Below are positions 30,305 to 40,159 of a DNA stretch of 64,000 nucleotides, piece by piece. Made by a program: the position numbers and the translations under genes. Source of the DNA: a virus; IMG/VR virus record IMGVR_UViG_3300032050_000061, positions 24,193 through 88,192 of that record; one strand, written 5' to 3'. Within the stretch, counting starts at the first letter, position 1; each line of letters begins with the position of its first letter. The notes under the pieces are model-generated. The model ran no database searches. It saw only the letters and a list, made by a program, of their open reading frames with translations, and had not been told where the DNA came from.

Positions 30305-30583
30305 TTAATCTCTGGAGTAAAATTTCAAACTCATTATAACATTATCAGGCTTTGTAGCCAATACATCCTCTATATGTTTATTAGCTCTTTCTCTCGCTCC
30401 GAAGTGTCCAAACTCCATCACATCATAATAACCAAGCGTTACCTTATAGAGGTGGGTAGGGAACTTACCACTACCATAGTGTACTCTATGTTCAATGTTA
30501 CTACGTTTTACATTTGGTAGCTTCATCAACGAAGTGATTCGGTTAGAGGAAGCATTGACGGTGAAGAAATCGAAGTCGTTCAT
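30305..30583 (-). CDS. Small hypothetical protein
   Basis: 92-aa ORF with its own promoter copy. Confidence 0.7.
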   Translation of the reverse strand: MNDFDFFTVNASSNRITSLMKLPNVKRSNIEHRVHYGSGKFPTHLYKVTLGYYDVMEFGHFGARERANKHIEDVLATKPDNVIMSLKFYSRD

Positions 30584-30626
30584 ATTTTTAGGGGGTTAGG
30601 GTTATCTCTCATCTCTTATTACATAG

Positions 30627-30664
30627 TAAATATAATAAATATATTTGGATTTTCCAAGCATTTT
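30627..30664 (-). promoter_or_regulatory. Duplicated promoter, copy 2
   Basis: TTGG-N19-TATATTTA; shares a 29-bp exact repeat with copy 1. Confidence 0.75.
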
Positions 30665-30711
30665 GTAAAATATTTTTAAAAATTTTTTATTGAAAATCAA
30701 TCAGTTATGAC

Positions 30712-30743
30712 AAAAAAAGGGATACTTTTTGAGTATCCCTTTT
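30712..30743 (-). terminator. Intrinsic terminator after the tail tube gene
   Basis: AAAAGGGATACT-N5-AGTATCCCTTTT hairpin with a U7 tract on the minus strand. Confidence 0.85.
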
Positions 30744-30763
30744 GAAATGTATATTGAGAGTAA

Positions 30764-31255
30764 TTAGAATTCCAATATTGCGTAATCGTAAGTTAAAGTT
30801 ACGGTAATCATTGCCGGGTCAGTTGCATTCGCCCAATCTAATTCACCAAAGTTAGCTTGCGATATAAATGCTCCTTTTAATTTCCATTGTTCAATCTTAT
30901 CACCTACTGGCCCTAACATATAGAAATCTACATCTTTTTTGTAAAATTCAGCATATCCATCTCTACCTGTCAAAGATTCGTGAGAAGTTCTTACCCACTC
31001 CATTACCGCCTGTGCTCCTGATGGAACAATTGGGTCATAAAGAGTGATTTCTAAATCTTGCCACTCACCTTTACCTTTTAACTGTCTTTTGATGTTGATG
31101 TGGTCTAATGTTACCTTTTCAAATTGAATTGTAGGTCTGTTACCAGCCTTTACTAAATATGAAGGGATACCGTCAACTTCGAAGATGAAACGATTCTTCA
31201 TCTTTGGTTCGAAGTTCGTATAGAACATCTCGTTAAATTCTAATACTTCTGCCAT
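30764..31255 (-). CDS. Tail tube protein (gp19-like)
   Basis: FEPKMKNRF, WQDLEITLYD, EQWKLKGAF and TLTYDYA; follows the sheath gene. Confidence 0.92.
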   Translation of the reverse strand: MAEVLEFNEMFYTNFEPKMKNRFIFEVDGIPSYLVKAGNRPTIQFEKVTLDHINIKRQLKGKGEWQDLEITLYDPIVPSGAQAVMEWVRTSHESLTGRDGYAEFYKKDVDFYMLGPVGDKIEQWKLKGAFISQANFGELDWANATDPAMITVTLTYDYAILEF

Positions 31256-31295
31256 GTTATATTAATCTTTTATATAAATATTACTTTTATTCAAA

Positions 31296-33608
31296 TTATA
31301 CATTAAATGTTGCTCCTGTCGGTAGAATGTTGAAATCAATTGTAATGAATTCCGCAGTCTTTGCAGGTTGTAAGAAGATAGCTCCAGCTAAAATGTTTCT
31401 ATCTATTACATCTGGTGTATTATTTGTTTCATCCATAACCACTCTGAACGCGTATAAACCTTGTCTTTGTTGAACACTCTCTAAATAAGGGTTTACAGTG
31501 TTTAAGAATTTACTTCTAGTTTGTGCAGTATTTTGTTCGAATACTAAGAATCTTGATGTTGATGCTACAAACTTCTTTAAGTTAATTAACAATCTTCTTA
31601 CATTAATTCTATCTAATGCAGATGCTTTATCTTGTAAAGTTTTCTGTCCGAATGCACTAATACCTTGTCCAGGAAATGTTGCAATTGGGTTTACTTTACT
31701 TTCGTATAATGTATCTCTTTCAGATTGCGTTAATCTATTTACTACTTGCACAGCTCCACTAATTCCACCTCTATTCAAACCTGCTGGTGCGAACCATTCT
31801 GCACCCAATCTATCATTTTGTGCAAATGTTCCTGCCATTAATACTGAAGGTGGTACTGCTACTAATTTATTTGTATTTACATCAATTGTTTTAATCCAAG
31901 GGTAGTAAGTTCCGGCATAGTTAGTATCTTCTCCTGCTGCCTGCTCAACTACTTCAGCAATTGTCGCATCTGCTCCAGCGAAATCAGCAATATAGAATAC
32001 ATCTTCTCTCGTTTCACAAACATCAATTGCTTTAGTTGTTACATAAGGATGCCACTGTCTTATGATACCAGGTGTAATTAATAAGTTTATATCAAATTCA
32101 TCCTGATTTGAAATGGCGTTTAATGCTTTTGCATATGATACTGAGCCTGCTGCTGTTGAGGTGGAGCAATCAAATCCTTGTGTATTAGTCCCATTTATAT
32201 CTGCTCCCTTTTTAATTGTTACAGTAGGGTTTTGTCCATTAAATCCTCCCTGCAAAGCCACAACAAAGTTTCTTTCTGCGATGTGAATTGAATTATTTGT
32301 TTCCGAAGAACCTGATGTTACATTAATATTATATTCATTTGAAACTGAATTAGAACCACTACCATCTAATGCAAACACTTTATTTGAACCCGTTGTTGTA
32401 TTTGCAGGAAGAGGTTTGAAATAGTTTTTATTATTTGTAATTGCGTAATCAATACCACTAGAGAATACAGTTGAGTTTAATGATGCGGAAGTGTAAGTTA
32501 CAATTGGGAATCTAGAAGGAGTTGCCACATTAAATGGAACATCGTATCCAGCATGTCCAAATGGAATCGCGGTTAAAGGATAAGTTCCTTCATCCGCTGC
32601 CTGCACTCTTATGTATTTACTTCTATTTGAATAATTACCATTTTCAGTAATCTTTCCATTAGCATCGATTGTAATAGTTCTATCACCGATTCTTCTAGCT
32701 ATAAAGTTTGGAGAGGTAGGATCTAAATTTAGATTATTGTATTGTTCTAATACACTCTTTCTCTTATCAGTATCAGCATAAGCTCTAATCAATAAAGAGA
32801 AAGTTCCAAAATCAGTTCCATTAGATGATTTTATATTACTGATTTGAATTTTAAATCTTGTATTCTCACCTTCGCCATCTGCTAATGTATGTACTTTAAA
32901 TAAATTGTATCTATTACCATTATATGTTTGAGATAAAATCCAAGGTGTATTTGCTCCACTATATGCAGGTAAATCAGCAGTTCCACTAAAATCTTGTGTG
33001 GATGCTGATGCGAAACTTAAAGTAATTTGTGAAAGTGATGCCGCTCCAAAACTAGCACTTAGTGCAGAACCAGCTTCTCTTATATCGAAGAAATTATATG
33101 CATATAGTTTCTTTCCGAAAAATGGAGTTTCACCGAATATATCATCAATTGTATTTGAATCTGCTTTAATAACACTAGCACTCACTGCGGTCAATCCTGA
33201 TCCCGATACTCTAAAAGCTCCATTAACACCACCTTCTAATAAAGGTGCTACATCATTTGAACTTGTAGCTGGTGCCAAAATAGCTATCGATGCCGATGTT
33301 GAACCAGAAGAGGCAATTACTTCATAAGCAGTAGTTAATGAATAACCACTTACTCCCGCTACTCTTACTACGGTTACAGCACCTGCATCTCTAAGATAGT
33401 TTTGAACCGCATATCCGGTATAATAATCTTTAGGAGTTCCAAAAATAGCCTCATATTCTGCTTGTGTTTGGATTAGGGTTGGTTGGAATGCTGGCCCTTT
33501 TTCTGTCGGCCCAACTATCGCCGCACCTATTTGTGATATACCCTGTGGTAAGAAAGAAAGGTCGTTTTCTCTCGTAAAAACACCAGGTGATACAATTTTT
33601 TCTGCCAT
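31296..33608 (-). CDS. Contractile tail sheath protein (gp18-like)
   Basis: SPGVFTREND, YYPW, WFAPAGLNRG and DRINVRRL. Confidence 0.95.
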   Translation of the reverse strand: MAEKIVSPGVFTRENDLSFLPQGISQIGAAIVGPTEKGPAFQPTLIQTQAEYEAIFGTPKDYYTGYAVQNYLRDAGAVTVVRVAGVSGYSLTTAYEVIASSGSTSASIAILAPATSSNDVAPLLEGGVNGAFRVSGSGLTAVSASVIKADSNTIDDIFGETPFFGKKLYAYNFFDIREAGSALSASFGAASLSQITLSFASASTQDFSGTADLPAYSGANTPWILSQTYNGNRYNLFKVHTLADGEGENTRFKIQISNIKSSNGTDFGTFSLLIRAYADTDKRKSVLEQYNNLNLDPTSPNFIARRIGDRTITIDANGKITENGNYSNRSKYIRVQAADEGTYPLTAIPFGHAGYDVPFNVATPSRFPIVTYTSASLNSTVFSSGIDYAITNNKNYFKPLPANTTTGSNKVFALDGSGSNSVSNEYNINVTSGSSETNNSIHIAERNFVVALQGGFNGQNPTVTIKKGADINGTNTQGFDCSTSTAAGSVSYAKALNAISNQDEFDINLLITPGIIRQWHPYVTTKAIDVCETREDVFYIADFAGADATIAEVVEQAAGEDTNYAGTYYPWIKTIDVNTNKLVAVPPSVLMAGTFAQNDRLGAEWFAPAGLNRGGISGAVQVVNRLTQSERDTLYESKVNPIATFPGQGISAFGQKTLQDKASALDRINVRRLLINLKKFVASTSRFLVFEQNTAQTRSKFLNTVNPYLESVQQRQGLYAFRVVMDETNNTPDVIDRNILAGAIFLQPAKTAEFITIDFNILPTGATFNV

Positions 33609-33675
33609 ATTAATTCTAATTTAATTTCTTGAGTTAATCTTATAATAAATATTAAAATCCACAACGAAACAACAT

Positions 33676-33930
33676 TTATTCGTCTGTTGGTCTAAATTCT
33701 CCGGTTTCCAAATCTATTGTTCCATTACCATAAATTGATTTAAGTTTTTCAAATACTTCGGTTTCTTTCAATTTCAAAGATTCTAAACTCTGGTAATAGG
33801 CTAAACTCTCCCCTTCCAATTCGTTGATTTTTACCTGAATCAAACCGATGTTAGCATACAAAGTAGTGTATTCACTTCTGATTTGATTGATTTCTTGTAA
33901 CTCTTCTTGCGATAACTTTTTAACTTCCAT
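33676..33930 (-). CDS. Small coiled-coil protein
   Basis: 84 aa, helical, ending YGNGTIDLETGEF. Confidence 0.75.
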   Translation of the reverse strand: MEVKKLSQEELQEINQIRSEYTTLYANIGLIQVKINELEGESLAYYQSLESLKLKETEVFEKLKSIYGNGTIDLETGEFRPTDE

Positions 33931-34031
33931 TTTTGTGCGTGTTTATATAATAAAATGTATATGTATAAATATTAGGTTTTTTCACTAACCACATATTTAT
34001 ACCTATTTTCGGAAAATATTTCTGATTATTT

Positions 34032-35318
34032 TTATCCGTTTCCTGCTGAACCGAATGCCGTTTGTAATCCAGCGAAGTTTAACTTAGCCCTAGCATAGAT
34101 TGCAGTTCCACTTTTGTAATCGTATGTATTAGAACTATATGAAGATACGTTAGCTAAGACACTTCCAAATCCACTATCTGATGCAATTTGTATTTCATAA
34201 GAATAGTTCGCGGTAATTGCAGTTGAACCAGGTGAAGTTACTGCATTATTTGGGGAAAGAGTTAATCTTCTATAAGTTTCACCCCCAATAGTTACGGTTG
34301 ATACTGATACGGTTGGTGTGGTTGAAATAGAATACCCCGCAAATGAGTTTGCTCCCTTATTATGGGTTACGAATCCATTTACTATGTAAGTATCCACTTC
34401 TTCAACGTCTATTGAAACAACCTCTATTGTAGTGTTTTGAACGGTATTTGATACCACATTTACCTCTTCAATACTACCATCTAAATTTACTTTAATAAAT
34501 CTATCGTTTTCTTGAATTAATCCTAATGGTTTAAATTTGTAAACTTCTTCGTTTATATCAAAAACCATCATAGGGTGTTCACCATTTCCTTTCACCGAAC
34601 CGCTATCTGTTGTTACAATGTTCCATCTATCCACAAATGTATATGCCACATCTTTAACATATGAATCGACCATTATTCCACCTGCGGTATAATAAGTCCA
34701 ATCATAAAAGTTAAAATCGGTAAGGGTATCAACATGCGGTGGGTAGTAAGAACGAACTATATCACCCTCTACTAAATCACCCGCTTTCTTTGTCGTTCCA
34801 TCTGCCATTAAAACATCTTCATCTAAATGTAAACACAATCCACTCGCACCCGCATAATCATCTACATTATAAACAGTCTTATCTTTTACGGTATCATATC
34901 CTGTTGCGTGGTCATTAAATGTATCCCTAAATCTTACCGAAAGTGTTCTCGCAGTAGGTGCCGCCAAAGTAGACGAGTTTCCTATTCCATTCGCGGTTAC
35001 GGTTGGATTATATGGAGGATTTGCTTGAATTGAAAATTCTGCACCTACTGATAAAGACCAAGTAAAGTTATTAGTTACACTACCTATACGGCTTAAAAAA
35101 CGACTACCTGCATCAGTAAATCCTAATGTAAAAGTTTCACCGGTAGATTCTTTAACGTATGTAAATCCACTTATTGAATCAACCGAATCAATACCGAATT
35201 GTGACATTGCTATTGGTCCTGATGTAGTTCCTGCTGCAGAAGATAGTGAACTTGCAGCCGCTGCTGTTGCCACTTTAAGATTTCCTAATGAAAGGGTATT
35301 TCCATTTACTCTAGGCAT
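34032..35318 (-). CDS. Virion-associated protein with an internal Hint (intein-like) domain
   Basis: CLHLDEDVLMADG (block A), NGEHP (block B) and VVSIDVEEVDTYIVNGFVTHN (blocks F/G), followed by Lys. Confidence 0.85.
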   Translation of the reverse strand: MPRVNGNTLSLGNLKVATAAAASSLSSAAGTTSGPIAMSQFGIDSVDSISGFTYVKESTGETFTLGFTDAGSRFLSRIGSVTNNFTWSLSVGAEFSIQANPPYNPTVTANGIGNSSTLAAPTARTLSVRFRDTFNDHATGYDTVKDKTVYNVDDYAGASGLCLHLDEDVLMADGTTKKAGDLVEGDIVRSYYPPHVDTLTDFNFYDWTYYTAGGIMVDSYVKDVAYTFVDRWNIVTTDSGSVKGNGEHPMMVFDINEEVYKFKPLGLIQENDRFIKVNLDGSIEEVNVVSNTVQNTTIEVVSIDVEEVDTYIVNGFVTHNKGANSFAGYSISTTPTVSVSTVTIGGETYRRLTLSPNNAVTSPGSTAITANYSYEIQIASDSGFGSVLANVSSYSSNTYDYKSGTAIYARAKLNFAGLQTAFGSAGNG

Positions 35319-36324
35319 TGTATATATTTAATAATTTTGTTTTCCAATTTGTGCTATCACTAAACTTATTTATGAGTTGCGATTTTAAAGAATTGAACTC
35401 TTCAACTTTTTCCTCATAAGATAATTGTATGATACTCTTATAAATATTTACAAATTCTCTTTTACTATCAGCTCTGAATTTATAATTTATATCAACACAC
35501 CAATCCTCACTTAAAATAGGTAACTTTCCCCAATCCACATTCTGAAATATAGAATACCCAAATGGTTCAGCATTAAAAGCAGAGTGTGAAATTCCCCAAT
35601 CCATTTCATAATACCTATCACTATATTCGCTCTCAAATTGAATCTTTTTTAACTTCGAAAAATCTAAATCGTATTCCTTTTTCCAAGTTTTTTGAAAAGG
35701 TCTTATATTCGTAAACATAAAACCTTCTAATCCATCTAAATAATGTGGATTTTTTCTTACTTCACATCTTGAAGTAAATCCTATTTTATTTGAATTTGAT
35801 AACTCTTTATTTTGGATAAATTGGTAATAAGATGGTATCGAAACATATCCTTTAAACACATCTTCATGCAATTCATACAATCCTACCCACATTTTATTTT
35901 TAGCACCAACTAAAATTTTATTTTCCCATTCCTTCGAATAATGTGGTATCCAACCAAATTGTAAATCCGATAATCCACTTTGAACATAAACTTTAGATAA
36001 ATCATTATGAATTACATAACTCCATAATTTATCTAAATTTTCTTCTATTAATTCTAATGGTGTATAATGAGCATGTAGAATATTTAATCTTCTACATTCT
36101 CTAAATTTTTCTTCAAATATATCTTTATGATTCCCACTTTCATCGTTATACCAATAATGTTCTATCGGTATTTCAAAATTAAAATCAATTGGTTTGTTTC
36201 TATAAATAAGTAAAACCGGTTGAGTGTCTAAGTCTTTACTTATTTCACTCAACCAATTATTTACCCAAATATCTACTCCGGTATTGATTTTACCTATTCC
36301 TGTGGTAAAATATACATCAAACAT
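35311..36324 (-). CDS. GT-B fold (GT4-like) glycosyltransferase
   Basis: N-terminal TGV, ILHAH, IGFTSR...RKN and SAFNAEPFGYS...GKLPI. Confidence 0.75.
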   Translation of the reverse strand: MFDVYFTTGIGKINTGVDIWVNNWLSEISKDLDTQPVLLIYRNKPIDFNFEIPIEHYWYNDESGNHKDIFEEKFRECRRLNILHAHYTPLELIEENLDKLWSYVIHNDLSKVYVQSGLSDLQFGWIPHYSKEWENKILVGAKNKMWVGLYELHEDVFKGYVSIPSYYQFIQNKELSNSNKIGFTSRCEVRKNPHYLDGLEGFMFTNIRPFQKTWKKEYDLDFSKLKKIQFESEYSDRYYEMDWGISHSAFNAEPFGYSIFQNVDWGKLPILSEDWCVDINYKFRADSKREFVNIYKSIIQLSYEEKVEEFNSLKSQLINKFSDSTNWKTKLLNIYNA

Positions 36325-36327
36325 TTA

Positions 36328-39300
36328 TTATAAACCTTTTTGTTTCTTCAAATTTTCAATTTCAACTTTCATATCGTTGATTTGAATTTGCTGTTCTTTT
36401 ATACCTTCAATCAATAAAGCGACTAACTTATCATATTTAACTGCCTTATATCCACTTTCTCTTGTTTGAACTAATTGTGGTAATACTGCTTCAATTTCCT
36501 GTGCGATAACACCTACATCATTTCCTTCATAACCATGTTCTATTTTATTTTCCTCTTTCCAATCAAATGTGTTACCACTAATTCTATTAATTTTTTCTAA
36601 TGGATTTTCAATAGGTTTTATGTTATCTTTAAATCTCTTATCTGAAGATGAATAAGCCACAACATCGTTTGTTGCATCAATTCTACCAGCGGTAGCAGAT
36701 GCGGCCATCCCAACTCCTAATGAGTTAAACTGAACGTTTGATGAAGTTCCTACTGCTTGTCCAATTGAAATTGTTACGGCACCGGTTCCTGCGCTTACAC
36801 CAACTCCCGTCCCAGCTACTGCTGAAGTAACACCGGTATTTGTAATTGTTACTGCTCCGGTTGCACCACTTACTGAAATACCTGTTCCGGCAACATTAGA
36901 GGTTACACCCGCATTTGATAAAGTTACTGAACTTCCTAATGATACGGCTCCTCCACCACTTAATCCCGTTCCTGCGGTTACAGTCACCGAAGAGTTAGTA
37001 AGAGAACCATTACCTATATTTGAAAGTGTATTCGATGCTCCACTAATTGTTTTATTAGTAAGAACTTGTGCCCCAGTCAAAGTAGCAACAGTTGAATCGA
37101 TTGAAAGAGTTCTTGTTGTAGTTATATCACCCCCTCCTGTCAAACCTGTTCCTGCACTAATAGAAACCGCACTATGGTCAATGTGTCTATTCGCTTCATA
37201 TCCCGTTGTTGAGTTATGAGCCACTTGTGATGAACCACTAAATGCCCCAATCGCATTACCAATTGTTGCCGCAGTAATCGTTCCACCCAATGATGTTGAT
37301 TGCCCCGCGATTGTGATTGAGTTATTAGTTAATCCAATTGTAGGAGTTGCTCCCTCACCACTATTGTTTGAAAGAGTTATATTTGTTCCCGCTACCAAAC
37401 TTGCTACATAATCACCGGTTGTATCACTACCCAATGCTACTGAATTCGCTTGAATTGTCGCAACACCATTTGATGCAATTAAAACGTCACCACTAATTCC
37501 AGAGAAAACTTGTGAAGAACCTGATAACACATTATCAGCATTCAATTTAGTTTTTACTCTTGTATCAGTATAGTATTTGTTTGTTACACCTTCAACCAAA
37601 TCATCAGTATCTACCGATGGTAAAGTTGTTATTTGTGCTGAACCAGAGAATACACCTGTTCCACTTAATATAGTAGCCGCGGTTATACTTCCACCTAATG
37701 CAGTTGAATTTCCTGCTATTGTAATCGTATTGTTTGTGATTTGAGTACCATTGATTTGAGAAGAACCTGATACTAATGGTGTTACAGTTGAAACTATTGA
37801 TCCTGTTATCTCAGTATTTGAATTTATAGAAACTTTTGTTCCGGTATCACTAATATTACTATCTCCTAAATGTTCAGCGTTTACCGATTTTACTAATCTA
37901 TTTGTGGTAGGATATAATTCTGAACCTAAAGAATCGTATGATTGAGGCCCCATTAACAATACTGAAGAAGTAATTGATGCCCCAGCTACTGCCTGATGAA
38001 CATATATCCATTGGTCATTTATCGAATCAAATAATAATGAACCAGAAACTTGTGGTGATGACCCACTATCAATTACTGATAATCCACCAAAACGAATAGA
38101 TGGATTCAATGCATTTACTTTTACAATATTTGTCCCAACATTTAATTCAGATGAACTAATATTTTGAATTGAAGATGAACCTGCAACAACTAAATCTTGT
38201 GAAATATATAATGAACCGGTAATTACTTGATTACCCTGAAATATATTACTTCCGGTTGTTGCATAGCTTCCACTTACCCCTTCAATAGAATTTAATCTAC
38301 TATCTTGCGAAGCATTTGTTACAGCAACTGAACTACTTAATGCATTTGGTATAGCGGCAATAGATGAACTAAATGCTGAATACCCTGTTGTATTTGAAAT
38401 AGTTACTTGCGAAGAACCACTTATTACACTATCAGCATCTAATTTACTTTTAATAGTAGTGTTGATAGATGATGTGAATGAGTTTAATGAAGCAGTTGAG
38501 GTATGAATAGCACTAATATTTGTATTATTAGATGCGGTATATGAATTTAAACTTGCAGTTGAGGTATGAATCGCACTAATGTTTGTATTATTGGATGCGG
38601 TATATGAGTTCAACGAAGAAGTTGCAGTAAATAATAAAGTATTTCTACTATCCTGTGATGCAGTATAAGAATTCAAACTTCCACTTGCAGTTTCTAATGC
38701 ATTAATTCTCAAAGATTGACTATCGTTAGTTCCTGCATTAGAAGAAGTAAATGAATTAAAATCACTTCTTATACTTCCGCTCGCAGTTTCTAATGAACTT
38801 AATCTATTATTTTGTGTATTATTATTTGAATCATTAGATGCAGTATAAGTGTTTAAACTTCCCGTTGAAGTTTCCAAAGCATTTAATCTTACATTTTGTG
38901 CATTTTGTGCTATTTGTTGAGATGCAGTTGTGCTATTTACACTCGCTGAAAAACTTTCTAATCCATCTAATCTACCATTTTGTGATGTGTTAGTTGTATT
39001 GTTAGAAGATGTGTAAGTATTAAATTCATTTGCCAATACTAATCTGTCTTCGTTTCCAACTGCTCCTGCTTTCCAATAATCATTTGTAGTATCCCATAAT
39101 AAAGAACCTGATGTTGTTGTTCCACCAGTAGCATCTCTTACGATTATACCACCATTTGTAGCACCTGTTCCATTTAGGGAGATTATATTATCTCCTATGT
39201 CTACGGTTGTAGAGTTGATTGAAGTAGTTGTTCCCTTAACTAAAAGGTCTCCTTTCAATGTTACTGAAGAACCAGTAAATTCAATTGCATTTGCTACTGA

Positions 39301-40101
39301 TGAAGAAAAAGTTAATAGGCTACTACTAACACTTTCTAATGAACCTAACTTATTATTTTGAGTTGTATTAGTAGCATCGTTTGAAGCAGTATAAGTGTTT
39401 AAACTTGCTGTCGTAGCTTCGATTGCAGTTAATCTACTATTTTGAGTATTATTAGTTGTATTATTAGATGCGGTATAAGTGTTTAATGAAGAGGAATAAG
39501 TATGGAATGATTGTTCTAAACTTCCACTCTTTGTTTCTAATGAATTTACTCTTCCTATTAAAGAAGCAGTTGTAGTTTGAATACTATCTAATCTACTATT
39601 AACCGAAGAACTATATTGTTGAGCATTTCCCAATCCTGCAATTGTCGAACCACTTACTTCACCACTTACTTTAAAATCACCACTAGCATTTGATGTTAGA
39701 GTTCCAACAACTGTGTTTGTTCCTGGATTAACAATTTTGATTGAACCAGTTGAGATATAAAGGTCTCTCCACGCTTTTGTTTCACTACCTAAATCAAAAG
39801 TGTTTGTAAGCGATGGGATAATAGATGAGCTAAGGTTTGCATTTACCGCAACGGTATCCGAAGTTTGATCACCAATTGTGATGTTACCACCCAACGTTAA
39901 ATTACCATCGATTTTTGCATTTCCGGTAATGTCCAAAGATGAACCGGAAATTCCTTGTGACGATGAATTTATTAAGAGGGTTATATCACCATTATTACCT
40001 CCTATTTGTAAAGTTCCTAATGAGGTATTAACATATGGTTCTCCAAATGCTAATGAACCTGATTTATCTGCTGTTGAACCTCTTCTAAATTTAAGTGCCA
40101 T
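36328..40101 (-). CDS. Long tail fibre with C-terminal S74 intramolecular chaperone
   Basis: N-terminal KFRRG...GEP; Ser/Thr-rich heptad repeats; SSDKRFK...GVIAQEIEAVLPQLV...YDKLVALLIEGIKE. Confidence 0.9.
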   Translation of the reverse strand: MALKFRRGSTADKSGSLAFGEPYVNTSLGTLQIGGNNGDITLLINSSSQGISGSSLDITGNAKIDGNLTLGGNITIGDQTSDTVAVNANLSSSIIPSLTNTFDLGSETKAWRDLYISTGSIKIVNPGTNTVVGTLTSNASGDFKVSGEVSGSTIAGLGNAQQYSSSVNSRLDSIQTTTASLIGRVNSLETKSGSLEQSFHTYSSSLNTYTASNNTTNNTQNSRLTAIEATTASLNTYTASNDATNTTQNNKLGSLESVSSSLLTFSSSVANAIEFTGSSVTLKGDLLVKGTTTSINSTTVDIGDNIISLNGTGATNGGIIVRDATGGTTTSGSLLWDTTNDYWKAGAVGNEDRLVLANEFNTYTSSNNTTNTSQNGRLDGLESFSASVNSTTASQQIAQNAQNVRLNALETSTGSLNTYTASNDSNNNTQNNRLSSLETASGSIRSDFNSFTSSNAGTNDSQSLRINALETASGSLNSYTASQDSRNTLLFTATSSLNSYTASNNTNISAIHTSTASLNSYTASNNTNISAIHTSTASLNSFTSSINTTIKSKLDADSVISGSSQVTISNTTGYSAFSSSIAAIPNALSSSVAVTNASQDSRLNSIEGVSGSYATTGSNIFQGNQVITGSLYISQDLVVAGSSSIQNISSSELNVGTNIVKVNALNPSIRFGGLSVIDSGSSPQVSGSLLFDSINDQWIYVHQAVAGASITSSVLLMGPQSYDSLGSELYPTTNRLVKSVNAEHLGDSNISDTGTKVSINSNTEITGSIVSTVTPLVSGSSQINGTQITNNTITIAGNSTALGGSITAATILSGTGVFSGSAQITTLPSVDTDDLVEGVTNKYYTDTRVKTKLNADNVLSGSSQVFSGISGDVLIASNGVATIQANSVALGSDTTGDYVASLVAGTNITLSNNSGEGATPTIGLTNNSITIAGQSTSLGGTITAATIGNAIGAFSGSSQVAHNSTTGYEANRHIDHSAVSISAGTGLTGGGDITTTRTLSIDSTVATLTGAQVLTNKTISGASNTLSNIGNGSLTNSSVTVTAGTGLSGGGAVSLGSSVTLSNAGVTSNVAGTGISVSGATGAVTITNTGVTSAVAGTGVGVSAGTGAVTISIGQAVGTSSNVQFNSLGVGMAASATAGRIDATNDVVAYSSSDKRFKDNIKPIENPLEKINRISGNTFDWKEENKIEHGYEGNDVGVIAQEIEAVLPQLVQTRESGYKAVKYDKLVALLIEGIKEQQIQINDMKVEIENLKKQKGL
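38492..38613. repeat. 63-bp tandem repeat encoding SLNSYTASNNTNISAIHTSTA, two copies
   Basis: Near-identical direct repeat in both DNA and protein. Confidence 0.85.
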
Positions 40102-40159
40102 CTATTTTTAATTTATTCTTTTTTTATATTATATAAATATCGTTTTTGTAACTATTGAT

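Noticed and set aside
30263-30664. 29-bp direct repeat as a CRISPR array or att sites
   Set aside because: Only two copies, 373 bp apart, with a gene between them; each coincides with a promoter, and no cas or integrase gene is in the window
30688-30709. TTGAAAATCAATCAGTTAT, reminiscent of motifs near Bacteroidota mobile-element ends
   Set aside because: Single copy noticed, no recombinase nearby, and I cannot verify the resemblance without a search
34359-34835. Canonical mobile intein
   Set aside because: No homing endonuclease motifs, and the +1 residue is Lys rather than Cys/Ser/Thr; reported instead as a Hint autoprocessing domain
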